This document shows positions 14,005-26,600 of a DNA stretch of 64,000 bases, piece after piece. Source of the DNA: Trichosphaerium sp. ATCC 40318 (taxonomy: Eukaryota; Protista; Tubulinea); assembly GCA_038496445.1 (NCBI GenBank), contig JALMLS010000150.1:1-64000 (forward strand), read 5' to 3'. The notes under the pieces are model-generated. The model was given only the letters and a program-made list of their open reading frames with translations, was not told where the DNA came from and ran no database searches. Position 1 is the stretch's first letter, and each line of letters begins with the position of its first letter. Made by a program: the position numbers and the translations under genes.

Positions 14005-17000
14005 ATGATGTCCTCGGATACAAATACTTCAGAAGAGAACGCAAGGAGCCCACGCGTGATATGGATGGTTAGCACGCTTGAATTTTGCGCTAAATAGCCG
14101 AACGTTTGTTTTAAAATACGAAGCGGCCTTCTCCACTTGAAGAAATTACCTGTACTTACTTTCTACAAGTCGGCCTATGCAATTGGCAATACCAACGAAA
14201 AACGAGCTGAATTACACGATGAAATTAAACGCGCAGGCTGGGACCTAATTGTATGCGACGCAGGTTCCGCTGCAAATCCAGAAGGCACACCACCAAAGGT
14301 ATACGGGTTGATTTTTTTGGTTTTGTTGGTTTTTTTTTTGCCTCTATACGGTAATTGTGTATGACTAGCAGCGCGTTAAGCGTTGCAACATGTTACAGAC
14401 ACCTCTACCAAAAAAAAAAAAATGTACTGCAGATTCAATCATTATCCTTCGCCGCTACCTGCATTTTACTGACTTGTTCGGGTATAGGTGATTGTTATTG
14501 ACATGTTACGTGGGCGTCAGGTACTTTTTTACACGCATTTTTTTTTGTTTTTTGTAGTTTATTGTTTTACGCGTTGACAAATCACCATTTTCGAATAATT
14601 GGTCGTCTCAAAAGGATCCAAAATAATTTTGAACACACTGGCACCGAAAACATTAATGACATTCATAGGACGCGTCTAATATTGGTTACCAAATTTTGAG
14701 AGACCTGCGCGCAGCACACGTGTATGCCCTTATTGTTGTTTTCCATGAGCGAATTACAAAAGAAGCCATTCATCGTTGTTTTAAATACGTACGTAGTTGT
14801 CAAAACAATTATGGTTTTTGGTGATAAGTTACTTAATCATTAATAAAAAAAAAATATCAGGGCGCTACATTAATTATGCAAAATGATGATGAACTTGCTG
14901 GCTTCCTCAAAATGTATTGGTTAAATTTAAATTTGAATCCTCGGCAAATAAGTAAAGAGCATGAATCCATTATAGCGCGCATAAAAAGCCCTCAACGTGC
15001 GTTTTTTCACCTATCATTGATGGAGCTCACTTAACTATGTTTCCTGGAGTGGTAACAGTCTTTGTAGGTGAAGTACAAGAAGATGGAATACTCTTAAATC
15101 CAATACACAAAGATTTTTTGACCATTCAACAAAGCATGGAAGGTGCGTAATATAATTAATCAACATGTCAAATGTACTATACAGCAAAAAAAGATATTGA
15201 AATTTAAAAAATAGGATATGTCATACCTGGTTCTAATTTAATGGCTACTGTATTACGTGTAGAGCGGTTAAAAAACAATGGGTTAGAAAGACATTTTTTG
15301 GGGCGACGTGCACAATTACGAGACATTAATCCAACCAAATTATTGTGCGTTGTTAATCACAGATCATTCACAAGTCGACAAAATTTATGACTAAGTGTTA
15401 GGTATTTGTCTCGTTCTGTTAAACCTACAGAAAGACGTGATATCATGTATGGGGGACTTAAAACAAGACTAGGCGAAGACCAGGGATTTGTTTACCCTGT
15501 GGGCACATTTTTGGCAACTAAACCACTTGTTGCTATGAAGTGCGCTATTACTTTCACGCTACTTGTTAATGAAGATTCTTTAGAGCAAGCAATAGTAAAG
15601 GCAATTTGAATATCTTGGTGTTCAAAGTAGCTACAGGTGCATCACTAACAGCAAGTGTTACACGGACATTGTCACCTACAACAGTATTACATACCAATGA
15701 TTCTTTATTCATTCCAGGTAAGCCTAACTGCTCAATTGAGGTATACTTTCGTGGCCTTATTCGTCTTGTAGGTGCTAGAAGACGTTTTGGTCCTGTTGAA
15801 TATGATGAATATGCTATATTTCATCCTTATCAAGCTATACCAGTACGCCTCCAATGCAACTGTTATTATTTTACGCTAACTGTCTCTAGGTTTATCTAAT
15901 CACGGCAAGGCTTACTCCAGCCAAGTCAGTAACAGGCACTATGTTGAGTGTTTCTGACACTACCTACCTTGAAACTCCTGAGAAGAAAAAAGCAGCTGCT
16001 TTGGTAAGACTGCCTGTGCCATTTTGTAACTAAGTGATGTAGGTTGACGAAGACCGGTTACCTAAGAAGTATCATACTTCATCTAGTGATGTTGGAGCTG
16101 CAAGAGCGAGTATACTAAAACCGGGGTACAGCCTGTTTTGTGGCGATCTTTTCTCATCAACTTACAATGTGCAGCGCCTTTGATGATACCGCTATTGTAA
16201 CTGGTGAGTTAAAATCTCCAGATGGCAGTCCTAGATTGAAGCAACACAGACGCGCAACTAGAATGTCTTCAAATGATGTATTGAATGGTTTACCTCTCAC
16301 AAAACAACGTTCAAGGTGAGTCTCAGCTCTCTACAAGTCTCTTAACAGTACCTATCAGGACGATTGTGGGTAATTTTGATACTGAGTTCCAACGTGACCG
16401 TGGTAGCTCTGACCCTATTCATGTACCTGTACGGTTTTTATACAGTGTGCATTTCTTGACAGGCGCATTTAGAAACGCGTTTTGGACATAAAAGATACAA
16501 AGTCCGGGCGCTCCTACTCTGACCCTGGAAAGTACGTTGTTCAAGCATGCAATATCCTAAACACAGAACTAACGGAGGGCCGGCCCAAATTAGGAAACCT
16601 CTAAAGAAACCAGCGCTCAGTATGTCTCCAATGGTTACAACAAATGTGCACGTGCATAATGGTAAAAAAAAGAGAAATGGAAATAGCCCTAGAGCTCATG
16701 GTACTACTTATCAAAGTACTGTGTCATAAACCTAACAGATAATAGTGCGCTCAGGAAGTGCGGATAATTCATCCCGTAGAAAGTGCGTAGTTTTTTTTTT
16801 TTTATAATTAAGTCCATTTTCTATTACTCTTCGCTCATATACTCTCTAGGATACGTCAAACGCTAGATGTTCTATCAGATATTGCGAATAATATCGATGA
16901 CGACGCAATGGAGAACTTAGAGCAGCACGTGCAGGTGCGCAAATTTCTATTTTATTACCTGTTTTGTTTTTGGATTTGGTAAAACACTTTGATTTGACTT

Positions 17001-19724
17001 TCTTGGTTCCAGAGACCGCGCTCCAGAATAATTAGAACAGATATGCGATTACGGCGCCCAAAGTCTGCCAGTGTGCATACAAACTCTGAGTTTGTACCAG
17101 AACCTACAAATCAGCGTTCAAATAGGTAACCCTTTTACTAAAAAAATGGTTTTGATAGTCCCATTCATGAAAAACTCCTACAAAAAATCTCACAAAACAA
17201 ATAGCTCAAATCCTCGAACACAAAAGTCAAAAAGTACGAAGCCATATAGAACCAAACACATGGGCACTGCCTGTACTACCTTTACAGAGTACGGAATATT
17301 TTAGTACATGTGGCTTGCTCCTAGCCAACTTGAAAAAAGAACTATTGTTGATTTTTTTTTTTTTTCTGTATCTGCCGCGTATTTCAGCCCTAATACATAC
17401 GTTTGAGATAATCTACAAATTAAATATCTATTCCTTATTATAATATTAACGGTTTTAAGGTCTCCAGGGCGTACGAGACGCACGCCCAGCCCTAGCAGGA
17501 AGCGAAGAACGCAGTAAGTAGCATAATTCAATACCACGTTTTTTTGTCGTTTTGGTAATTCATCGCTAAGTGACTTGAGTAGAAAAGGCAAATTCATTAA
17601 GAGAGGTGTGTCGGGGTCTCCACAAGAACGTGGGTCTATTTACGATCTTCACTCATGGATACCTAAGGTGCGCTACTTTTCATACAAATGAAATAATCGG
17701 GCGTGTGTGATACAAGTACACCACAGAATTGCAGTGTGGATTTTCTGACTTACCTTGTTTTACTTTTTCGACACTTTTTTTTTGTTTTGGTATGATCTTC
17801 AAAAAAAAAAGCAAAAAAACTTAACCCCATTAATTACTTTAACGGAGTATTAATTGCCCCCCGTACTTATACGCGTTCGTTTGTTCAGGTCGATCATGCT
17901 AGAAGCCCGATATGTAAAATCAAATCTGAATTATTTTACATTGAGGATGGCAAACGACCTAATTTTTTTGATATGTACGCGCCAGAGAATCTGGCGTCAA
18001 TTGAAGGTGATTGCTTCGGAGATTACGAAAAGTACTTTGTTTCCAGTCGTACGTTTTTTTTTCTACAAACTCAAAAATCCGTTTGTCTGTACCAGGTAGT
18101 ACAAGTCTATGTACGCTTACTCGATTTTTAGCTCACTACAATTATTCAATGGTTGATTCGGAGCTTGGACCCGTGATTATTTCAATAAACGCCCAGCGTG
18201 ATGCAGAAAAGGCTGCTTACCGATGTTTGATACGTACACGCGAAGGCGATATGCGGTTATTCCTTCCAACAAAACACGTACCACAGTCAAAGAAAGACGG
18301 CGACGACGGTATTGTAAAGGCCAGCAAACTTGAAAAAGCGTTTGATATTATAAAACAAATAAGAGCAGCAACCGATCCTTCAAGAAAGTTTTTAAGCGAC
18401 TTGAAGCTAAGACGTGTAAAGTTTCAAAGCTTCGGACAAAACTTGCTTGAATTCGAACGGAAACTGGTAAGTTAGCACCTTTTCTCACCTTTTTATCTAT
18501 TACCATCTTTGTCACACAACTGTGTTCTCATTTGGGGTTTGAATAGGTCCGTAATGAATTCAAAATTGGTGTGATATACTTACGTCAAGGACAAAAAACT
18601 GAAGAACAAATGCTCAGCAATGATAAAGCCACACCTGACTTTTGGGAGTTTATGGATTTTATTGGGTCTAAAGTAGAGTTACGGCAGTTCAAAAAATACA
18701 ACGGTGGCTTGGATACGACAAGCAGTAAGCGAGAATACTTAACCCCAAAAAAGAAAATAAAAAAATACTAACAACTCTAATTTAGAAATGACCACTGGAC
18801 AAGAGTCTTACTTTGCTCAGTATGATGCAATGGAAGTAATGTTTCATGTATCTGTATTACTTCCTAATGATACGCCAGATGGAGATGGTGATGGCTCTAG
18901 TAGTATTGTACGTCGTTGTGATGTTCAGTGTTTTGTTTCTCCGGTTTTGTTTTTTTTTTCTATCGGTTCACTTACTTACTGATTTGAAACAGATGAAAAA
19001 GAAGATCCACATTGGTAATGATATCGTTGTTTTGGTGTTTATTGATGGCGCAGAAACTTTTTGTCCCGATGTTATTGTATCTCAATTTAACCGTACGCAA
19101 ATACCACGTGCTACTTTCCGTTTGCTTAAAGAAATTCCTAAATTCCTCTCTAGATATCTTCATAATTGTACAAAAAGTTAAGAAAGCAGAAACAGATGAA
19201 AATATAAGGACTATGTACCGTGTTACATGCTCATACAAGAAAGGTGTATCAACAGTACAGCCTGCTATTCCAGCAGGAACCCTTTTTGAAAAAACTCCTG
19301 AGTTCCGCAAACTACTCCTTGCAAAGCGTAAGTGACACCATTCTTCATGGTTTTTAGATTTTTGTTTGTAACCTAACGCTTTTGTAATAGTGATTAACAG
19401 TGAACGATCTGCATACAGATCTGATAGCTTTAAAACGTCAAAGGAAGGGATGAGATATGAATTTTTATTACAGCTTCACCAGTCTACCTTGAACCCAAAG
19501 AAGGTGCGGCATTACTTTCAAGCTTATCCCGTTTTTAAATATTACGTGTTGATTTGCTGACTTGGTTTTTTGTATTGCAGATATCACGTGACTCTGGAAA
19601 AGCACGCTTTAAAAAGAAACCACCAAAGACAAAACCAAGATCAAAAACAATTGGCGGAGCGCCTTCTTCAGACCTCGGTATGAATGGTCCAGAGAGTCCG
19701 ACACACGTACCGGCCACCAACTGA
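14005..19724 (+). CDS. Multi-exon gene (possibly two): N-terminal receiver-like domain, degenerate PARP/ART-fold domain, low-complexity linker, C-terminal Rap/Ran-GAP
   Basis: RapGAP motifs FKIGVIYLRQGQKTEEQMLSN, FMDFIG..YNGGLD, EVMFHVSVLLP, KKIHIGNDIV (Asn thumb) and LLAKLINSE. REC-like and PARP-like motifs upstream (see findings). Frame continuity at 16.9-17.9 kb is not unambiguous. Confidence 0.75.
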
Positions 19725-20107
19725 TGGTATGCTCACGTTTACAAAAAGTTTAATTATATCACATCAACTAACACGTGCTAGATTACCTGGTTTTTTTTCA
19801 ACAAGAAAAAGAAACGTTTTTGGGTAGTGTATTTTAAAGAGTTTGTAATATAATTTGCCTTGTACATAAAAGAAAAAGGAAAAAAAAAAAGTATGTATAC
19901 ACAGCTAGCTAACAGAAATCAAGGCATTCTGTAGGCCTATATCGTTTATACTTAAATAATTAATGTAATTTTGTTTCGTCGTTCTTCATTCACTGTTCTT
20001 TCGTCTGTCTTTTCATATCCTCTTTCCAGCCCACTGTCGGGCTAGCTTTTGTTTTTCGTGCTATGGCTGCGCCATATTGGATGGCACGACAAAGGCGTAT
20101 TAATAAG

Positions 20108-21500
20108 TCATCTACAATTCCATGACATGCAACTAAGATCTTCTAGCTGGCTGGAAAAATATCTTTGGTTTTTTTGACAAGCATTCTACTTTTGTGTTAA
20201 CAATTTATGTTCCGTTTTATTGTGTACCTTTGGATTGATTTTTTGGAGCCTCTTGCGAATCTACTCCAGTCCCAATCATATTCCGTATTCAATATCTGAA
20301 GGACATGAGGGAAGTACTGAATAAAACCATTTCCACCATAATTTTCAAGTTGAATGGTTGAAACACGATACCTTGAAAACAAAATTAGCAAAAATGGTTC
20401 AAAAACAAGTGCAAATTACCAAGCTTCTATGGACTGAATATTCATTTTATTCGCAATGTGTCGAAGGAAACTGAGTTGGTTTCCTTTTTGCATCCAAAAC
20501 CCAGTGTGTCGTCTAAATTTCCAAGGATGAGAATGGTATATATCCTTTAGTGCATCTTCTAGAGAACCATTGTATCTAGAAAAACAAGTTAGAAAAGCAA
20601 TAAGTCATTTTTAGTTCGTATTATCCACCTTGCAATAATGCTTGCACCAACAGTGCCGTTAAGGTCTTCTTTTTTTACTTCATACCAGTCATCGAGTACT
20701 TTGATGTCTTGGTCTTCGGCTGTATCAGTCATAGCATTTATCACATTCTCCCTACTACTAAACACATTATTAGGCGTATATCTATCACGTGTTAGCTAAA
20801 CATAGTGGGCTAATTAAATAGAGGTACTTGAAGTGCCAAGGGCGCCATTTAATGTTTGGGTATATAGCCTGCAGTGCTAGTAAGAGCGATCCATTGTATC
20901 TGATTACGTTTTAGATTTGGTCATTTGTACATTGTTATTTTTTAAAGCTTGTGGGCTGTTAACGCACTTGATCATCAGCGAAGATCCACCGTTATCACTA
21001 ATGTCTTTATGAGAGAAGTTTCCCCATTGCTCCATATCCTTTATGGTAAGGATCTCACCAATTTGATCAAATAGCAGTTTATGATTCTCAACTATATTCC
21101 AGTAGTGTTGTGGGGCGTTTCTAAAGATGTTAGGATTAAAGTGGCGATTTTTACAGCGAACCTAAAATTCCATGGCATCCAGTCATATTCTGGATAGCTT
21201 TGTTGAAGGGCATGCGACAAAGAGTAATTATATCTGAAATACAGTTAATAAACCAAAAAAAGTGCTGACGTGCGTTGTAAGCGTTTCTCTTCCACCAGCG
21301 CCTAGTACTTGGCGCACAGTGACACTATACCAACCCGAAAGATGTGTAATATTTAATTTCTCTCCAACAACCTCTAATTGCCGTCGATGGCGCACTACTA
21401 ACACATTTGCGCCAAACCACGCTAAAAGTGACATGTTATAACGGCTTACAATTGGGTACTCATACTAGAGCGTACAATTTCTCAACTTGCTTGCCATACA
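20108..21500 (-). CDS. 'DWY' helical-repeat hypothetical protein (about 4 repeats); start uncertain
   Basis: Repeats LSGWYSV..GAGG..YNYSL..YPEYDWMPWNF, YNGSL..YPNIKWRPWHF, LDDWYEV..YNGSL..HPWKF..GFW and EAWYRV..YGGNG..YDWDWSRF..SIQR. Confidence 0.75.
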
Positions 21501-21627
21501 ACTTCGACAGCCATAAAAGTACAAGAAAATAGCGTGACTTTCAAAAACGACACGTGTAGATGCAATAAAATTGCTGTTTTATTTGAAGTGTGAAGGCGAG
21601 GCAAATGAGTGCCTACAAAGTACAAAG

Positions 21628-22973
21628 TCATTCTTGACCTTGTTTTGGTTTCATGGAGGGAAGTGATGAATGTCTCTTTCCACTGTTACGACATCTTTGA
21701 AGACAGAAATCAAGATGAGCGTTACATACATGAGGTGGATTGAACTCACTACAGTCTGATTGGGCAATATGACAGTTGACTGCACATGAGAACTGTTCTG
21801 ATGATTCGATGTTTCGTTTTCCTCCATTTCTACATCTTTGAAGACATAAATCAACTTGAGTGTTACATACATGAGGTGGATTGAATTCACGACAATCTCC
21901 TTGAGCGATGTAGCAGTTAACGGGACATGAGAACTGCTCTGTCGACTCAGTCTGTGATAAAAAGGTGAGTACGAGGAACGAAGAGATGACATCTAAGTAG
22001 TGGTTGTTGGTAAACGGCTTATTTAACCGGCTTAGTCATTTGGGTGTTACGAAAAAAATAAATGACTTAATTGACTTAAATCGTTTCCGTTCTAATTACC
22101 AATTTCAATGGCTGAACCACCAAGTAGCGGAACCAAAAAATGTCTACGAACAAGAACTGCTGATGTTTTTGTTTATGGACGATGATAGACTCGCCTGATA
22201 AGGTTTCTTGTGCCTATTGTCAAGCACCATTCAGTCGCAACTCCAGCACTGATACACTTCGCAAGCATTTACAAGTTTGTAAATTGTGCTTAAACGATGG
22301 AACAAAAGCCCAGCTGAAACAACTATCGCTTAACTCAATGGGATTCAAAGCAAACCCTACGCTATTGCATGAAGATCAAGTGCGCTTAGACAATTTGTTA
22401 CTGAGATGGGTTCTACGAAGATCAAAACCATGGCAAGTAACATGTTGCTTCCGAACTCGGATTCTTTTTTTTTTTTCGAAAACTTTTATTTTCTTTTTTT
22501 CTTAGATTGCCAAAGAACTGAAGCAATACAGACGGATGCCTGCACTTGCCCTAAACCAGTGTCCATTAACATGGTGGCGTGGCAACCGTTCTTACTTTCT
22601 CCTTTCAGCTTTGGCTAGAGTGTACTTAGGAATGCCAGCAAGTTCCGCAACAGTTGAGAGAGTATTTTCTCGTGGTTCTATTGTGATGACAAGCAAACTA
22701 CTAGTCTGAGTACAAAATCTCTAGAACTGCAAGTTTGTGCTGCAGTTAATGCTAAGTACTTAGACTACATAAACTACAAATAAATTTCCAAACACGTGTT
22801 TTATTGTAACAATTTGGAGCCGGTTAGCCAGTTAAATAGAGTTGTTTTTGTTTGAAAAGTCATTTAGAGCTGAGCCGTTAACTTTCAACCACTACATCTA
22901 AGTTAAAACGTACAAGACATAGAATCATGGAAAGAGATGCAATGATGACAATGAAAGTAGAAAACAGATACAT
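21628..22973 (-). CDS. Secreted Cys-rich peptide precursor, 2-core copy; intron expanded by a hAT insertion
   Basis: Exon 1 22973-22914 (MYLFSTFIVIIASLSMILCL). Exon 2 21951-21628 is open and encodes two six-Cys cores ending RNGGKR and RNSGKR. Near-identical to 50975-51561. Confidence 0.8.
21998..22894 (+). mobile_element. Non-autonomous (internally deleted) hAT DNA transposon, 897 bp
   Basis: 8-bp TSD CATCTAAG (21990-21997 and 22895-22902). TIRs TAGTGGTTG/CAACCACTA extend imperfectly to about 22 bp. Remnants of a BED zinc finger (VSCAYCQAPFSRNSSTDTLRKHL) and of the hAT dimerisation domain (LARVYLGMPASSATVERVFS). Confidence 0.93.
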
Positions 22974-23132
22974 TGATGTTGTTGCTGTTGTTGTTGTGGT
23001 TGTTGTTGTTGAGACAATTTGATTTGATTGGTGGTGAAGATTTGAGTGGAAAACCAAGCTCGTCAAAAAACTAAGCAAATCGTCAATCATTGCGTCACTT
23101 TTGTGAATAAAAACCGAAAATGAGCATCCCTT

Positions 23133-23360
23133 TCCTGTAAACTGCTACATCGCTCAATCAGATTGTCGTGAATTCAATCCACCTCATGTATGTAACGCTC
23201 ACCTCGATTTCTGTCTTCAAAGATGCCGTAACAGTGGAAAGAGACATTCATCACTACCCTCCATGAAACCAAAACAAGGTCAAGAATGACTTTGTACTTT
23301 GTAGGCACTCATTTGCCTCCCCTTTCACACTTCAAATAAAAAAGCAACTTTATTGCATCT
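23133..23360 (+). pseudogene. 5'-truncated copy of the Cys-rich peptide precursor (last core plus 3' UTR only)
   Basis: Encodes PVNCYIAQSDCREFNPPHVCNAHLDFCLQRCRNSGKRHSSLPSMKPKQGQE* and matches 52461-52680. No signal exon. Confidence 0.88.
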
Positions 23361-23669
23361 TTGCGTTGTTACTAATTGAGGCAGGACATCAAAAAGTCTT
23401 CAGCCTAGTTTCAGTCATAGTTGGGTGATAGTTCCTTTATTCGGTTTTAGCAAGCCAATTGTATGTGTTACAGTAGACTTTGACTCAGATCGACTTTAGT
23501 TGTTTTAATACTAATGTACAGGATCTCTTTCATACTCACGTGATTATTATTTGAGCTATAGAAAAGTTTATTTCTTTATTTTTTTTTACAAGTTTCAGTG
23601 ACCAACATCATTTACGAGCAGTACACTAGTAACAAAGGTTAGATGATACAAATAATAATGCAAAGAAGA

Positions 23670-26600
23670 TTATATATAAACTACAAACGTACTTGTAGAA
23701 ATCTTTTTGAGCGTATCACTGTACTCTGTCCAATCGGAGTCCAAATCAAAAACACGAACAGCAGATATCATTCTTTTATTTCTCCTCAAAGCAAGTGTTT
23801 TAAGTGTTGCTGCCTCAGATGCTGATATCTGTCCAGTTCTCTTTAATTTGTTTATAGATAGCAACATCTTCGTTACATCATTCTTTGGCTTTTCAGTTGA
23901 AGGTTTCATATCTGCAAAACAAACAATTAGATAAACTTCATTCAATCAATTTGTAAAAAAAATAAGTACGTACTCATTGCAAACTCGATGAGTGTACTAT
24001 TAGGTACAGCTCTCAAATCATTGAACGGATGAGGGAGTGTCACAGATGACGTAGGAGATACGTTCGATTTTGTGTATGTTACATCAACGCCAGGAGCGTT
24101 ATAAGCGCTCAATGGTTTCGTTGGGGATACGTTTGATTTTGTGTAGTTTACCTTAGGAGAGAGTATCTTTCGTTTCTTTGGCACACCTTTGTAAGGATTA
24201 GGAGAGACGTTCTCTTTGCCAGCGAATTGTTTAAATGGTTCAGCAGATGGTGTAGGAGATGGTGTAGTGGAAAAAGAATCTCTTTGAGAAGGAGTAGGTT
24301 TTTTATGACCTTGATGTGGTTTTCTCTCTTCTTCAGCCTTGTGAACATATCGTTGTTGTTGTGATACTTGTGATAACCCAAATAGTTGCGGTACGTTATC
24401 TGTAGGTAAGAAATCTGATTTTGGCAATTCAGGAAAGTCTCCAGTATCACTAATATGTGGGAATACAGCATTACTAGAGATCAATGATTCCCGTATTTTA
24501 TCCTAAAACGCAAAAAAAGTTAGTTCGTTTGACAAGTCAATATTCTTCTTTGTTTTTAGTTGTTAGGCTTTATTAACGTACCCAAAGGTATTTGTCTGTG
24601 TAGCTAGGTAAACCAAGTGTGGAATCACCGTTATTAGGGAATCCAAAGCACCTGTTTAACATTGAAATCACATAGAAAGCAGGTGTTTGGTTCAAGTTAT
24701 TGGTAGCATTTATGTCCAGCATTCCATTGTACGCCTTGTCATTTTCATAATTGAACGCTTTGTTCTTAGAAGCAGCCGCTAAGAGCGTCTTGGTTGCTGA
24801 TAAAGACGCATAGCGAGTAGCATAGTGCAGCGCATTTTGACCCAAAGTGTCACATTTGGTAATATCCACTTTTTGCAATAGCAAGCGCAGAGACTTTTTA
24901 TCATCCAGAGCGCTCGCTATATGGATAGGCCACACTCCTGACTTGCACACCTCGTCAACCTTGAAGCTGTCTTTCCATTCCTCAATACCACGACCAGCTA
25001 CACCAGATAGAAGAGGCTGAGCGCTCTTAAAAATGATTAGATTCAACATGTGCAATTGATATCGTACTCTGTAAGTAGACTTGAAGGCAACTCTTGTGGC
25101 TTTCTTTTTAAGTTGTACAGGTTTTACAGCGGTTGGCATTATCCTAGAGTACTCATTAAATATCTATTATTCAATCTAATTAGTAACAAAAAACGTACCT
25201 GTGTAGCAATGCACATAATTCATGGACAGCAGAACGATGTCCACGATCAGCAGCTATCTTGATGAGACCATTTATTTTAGTAACATTCAACTCCATAGCT
25301 TCACCAAGTCTTCTCACACATTCAGCGGAACCATTCATGCATGCCAATGTTATTGGTGTGCGTGATAGTTTATCCAGAACAGCAAAATCTACAAGAAAAA
25401 GTCAAACAACAACAAAAGAAAAAACCATCAAATTACCTGTCCTAGTATCATCCAACAAAGCCTTTAGCGCTTCAGCGTTGCCATAGTATGCTGCTACATG
25501 AGTAGGTGTCCATCTTTGATGACATGCTTGGATGTTAGGATCGGCTCTGTTCTGCAACAAGAAGTCCACAGCACGACCGTTTCCGTTGTACGCAGCGAAA
25601 TGTGTTGCACTTAAAAAAAAAGAGTTAGAAGGCTGTGGAAAAGAAATTATTATGCCAAACGTACGAAAACCCAGTGCGTGCTTCAACAAAATTAACGTCC
25701 GCTTGCTTGTCAACAAGTAATCGAACACATTCAAGGTGACCATTTACAACAGCATGATGAAGTGGTGTACGGTTAGTGTAGATATCTGGTTTGTTAACAT
25801 CACAGTTCCTTTCCTTACGAAGTACTTTCGCCAACAACACGTGGTCGCCCATGAAGGCTGCATTAGCGATTACCTGAGAATGTGATTTAACAATAAAAGA
25901 ACATCAAACAATAGTGCGTTGGCGTACTTGTTCAACTTGTTCAGAAACGTAAGCTTGTTGGAACCAATCTTGTGATGATAGTTCATCAAACTCAACTTGT
26001 TCTGGTCGCTCTGTAAGCCACTTAAGAGGTCCTTCAACATAATCAATGCTCTTGGCAGGAGCTGATCCTTCCTCTTGCTTCTGTAGAGCTTCTTCTGGCC
26101 ATTCTTCTTTAGTCTCTTCTGTAACCCAACTAGATTTACCAGTCATGATGTTCTACAACTTGTAAGCGAAATACATTCAATCTTCTGGTCTAGGCATACC
26201 TCAATACCGTAAAATATGACATGTTTAGCTGGTTCCATTCGTTCTAGCAAACCAAAGTATTGTTGTTTGTCTCTGTATTCGAGTTGCTCAATGATCTGTT
26301 TAGTGTACCTGTTTGTTGTTTGTTAGACAGCGCAACAGCAGGTATTCGACTTACCATTGTGGTCCCCAAGGTACGTAAAGGTTAGAGTAGTCACCAGCTG
26401 GGTCATAAGGTGCATCGTCTTCATCCTCTGTATCGAGAGCTTCAAAGATTGATGCTCCTTTTTTCTCAATTTCGATAGCATTGTATTCATTGATTTTATC
26501 TTGTGAGAATTCATCAACGCTGTAGACTTTAAACATATTATCTGCCGGTTTCCAAACAAGCTCTTTGGTCCCTGTGATTGCCTCACGCTCATATCTTAGG

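Noticed and set aside
13496-14075. Overlapping short ORFs, including a minus frame interrupted by one TGA (possible recoding)
   Set aside because: No recognisable protein. TGA serves as a normal stop and TGG as Trp in confident genes, so there is no support for an alternative code.
21559-23361. Whole peptide block as a fold-back transposon
   Set aside because: The inverted ends are the 3' UTRs of the two gene copies, and there is no target-site duplication.
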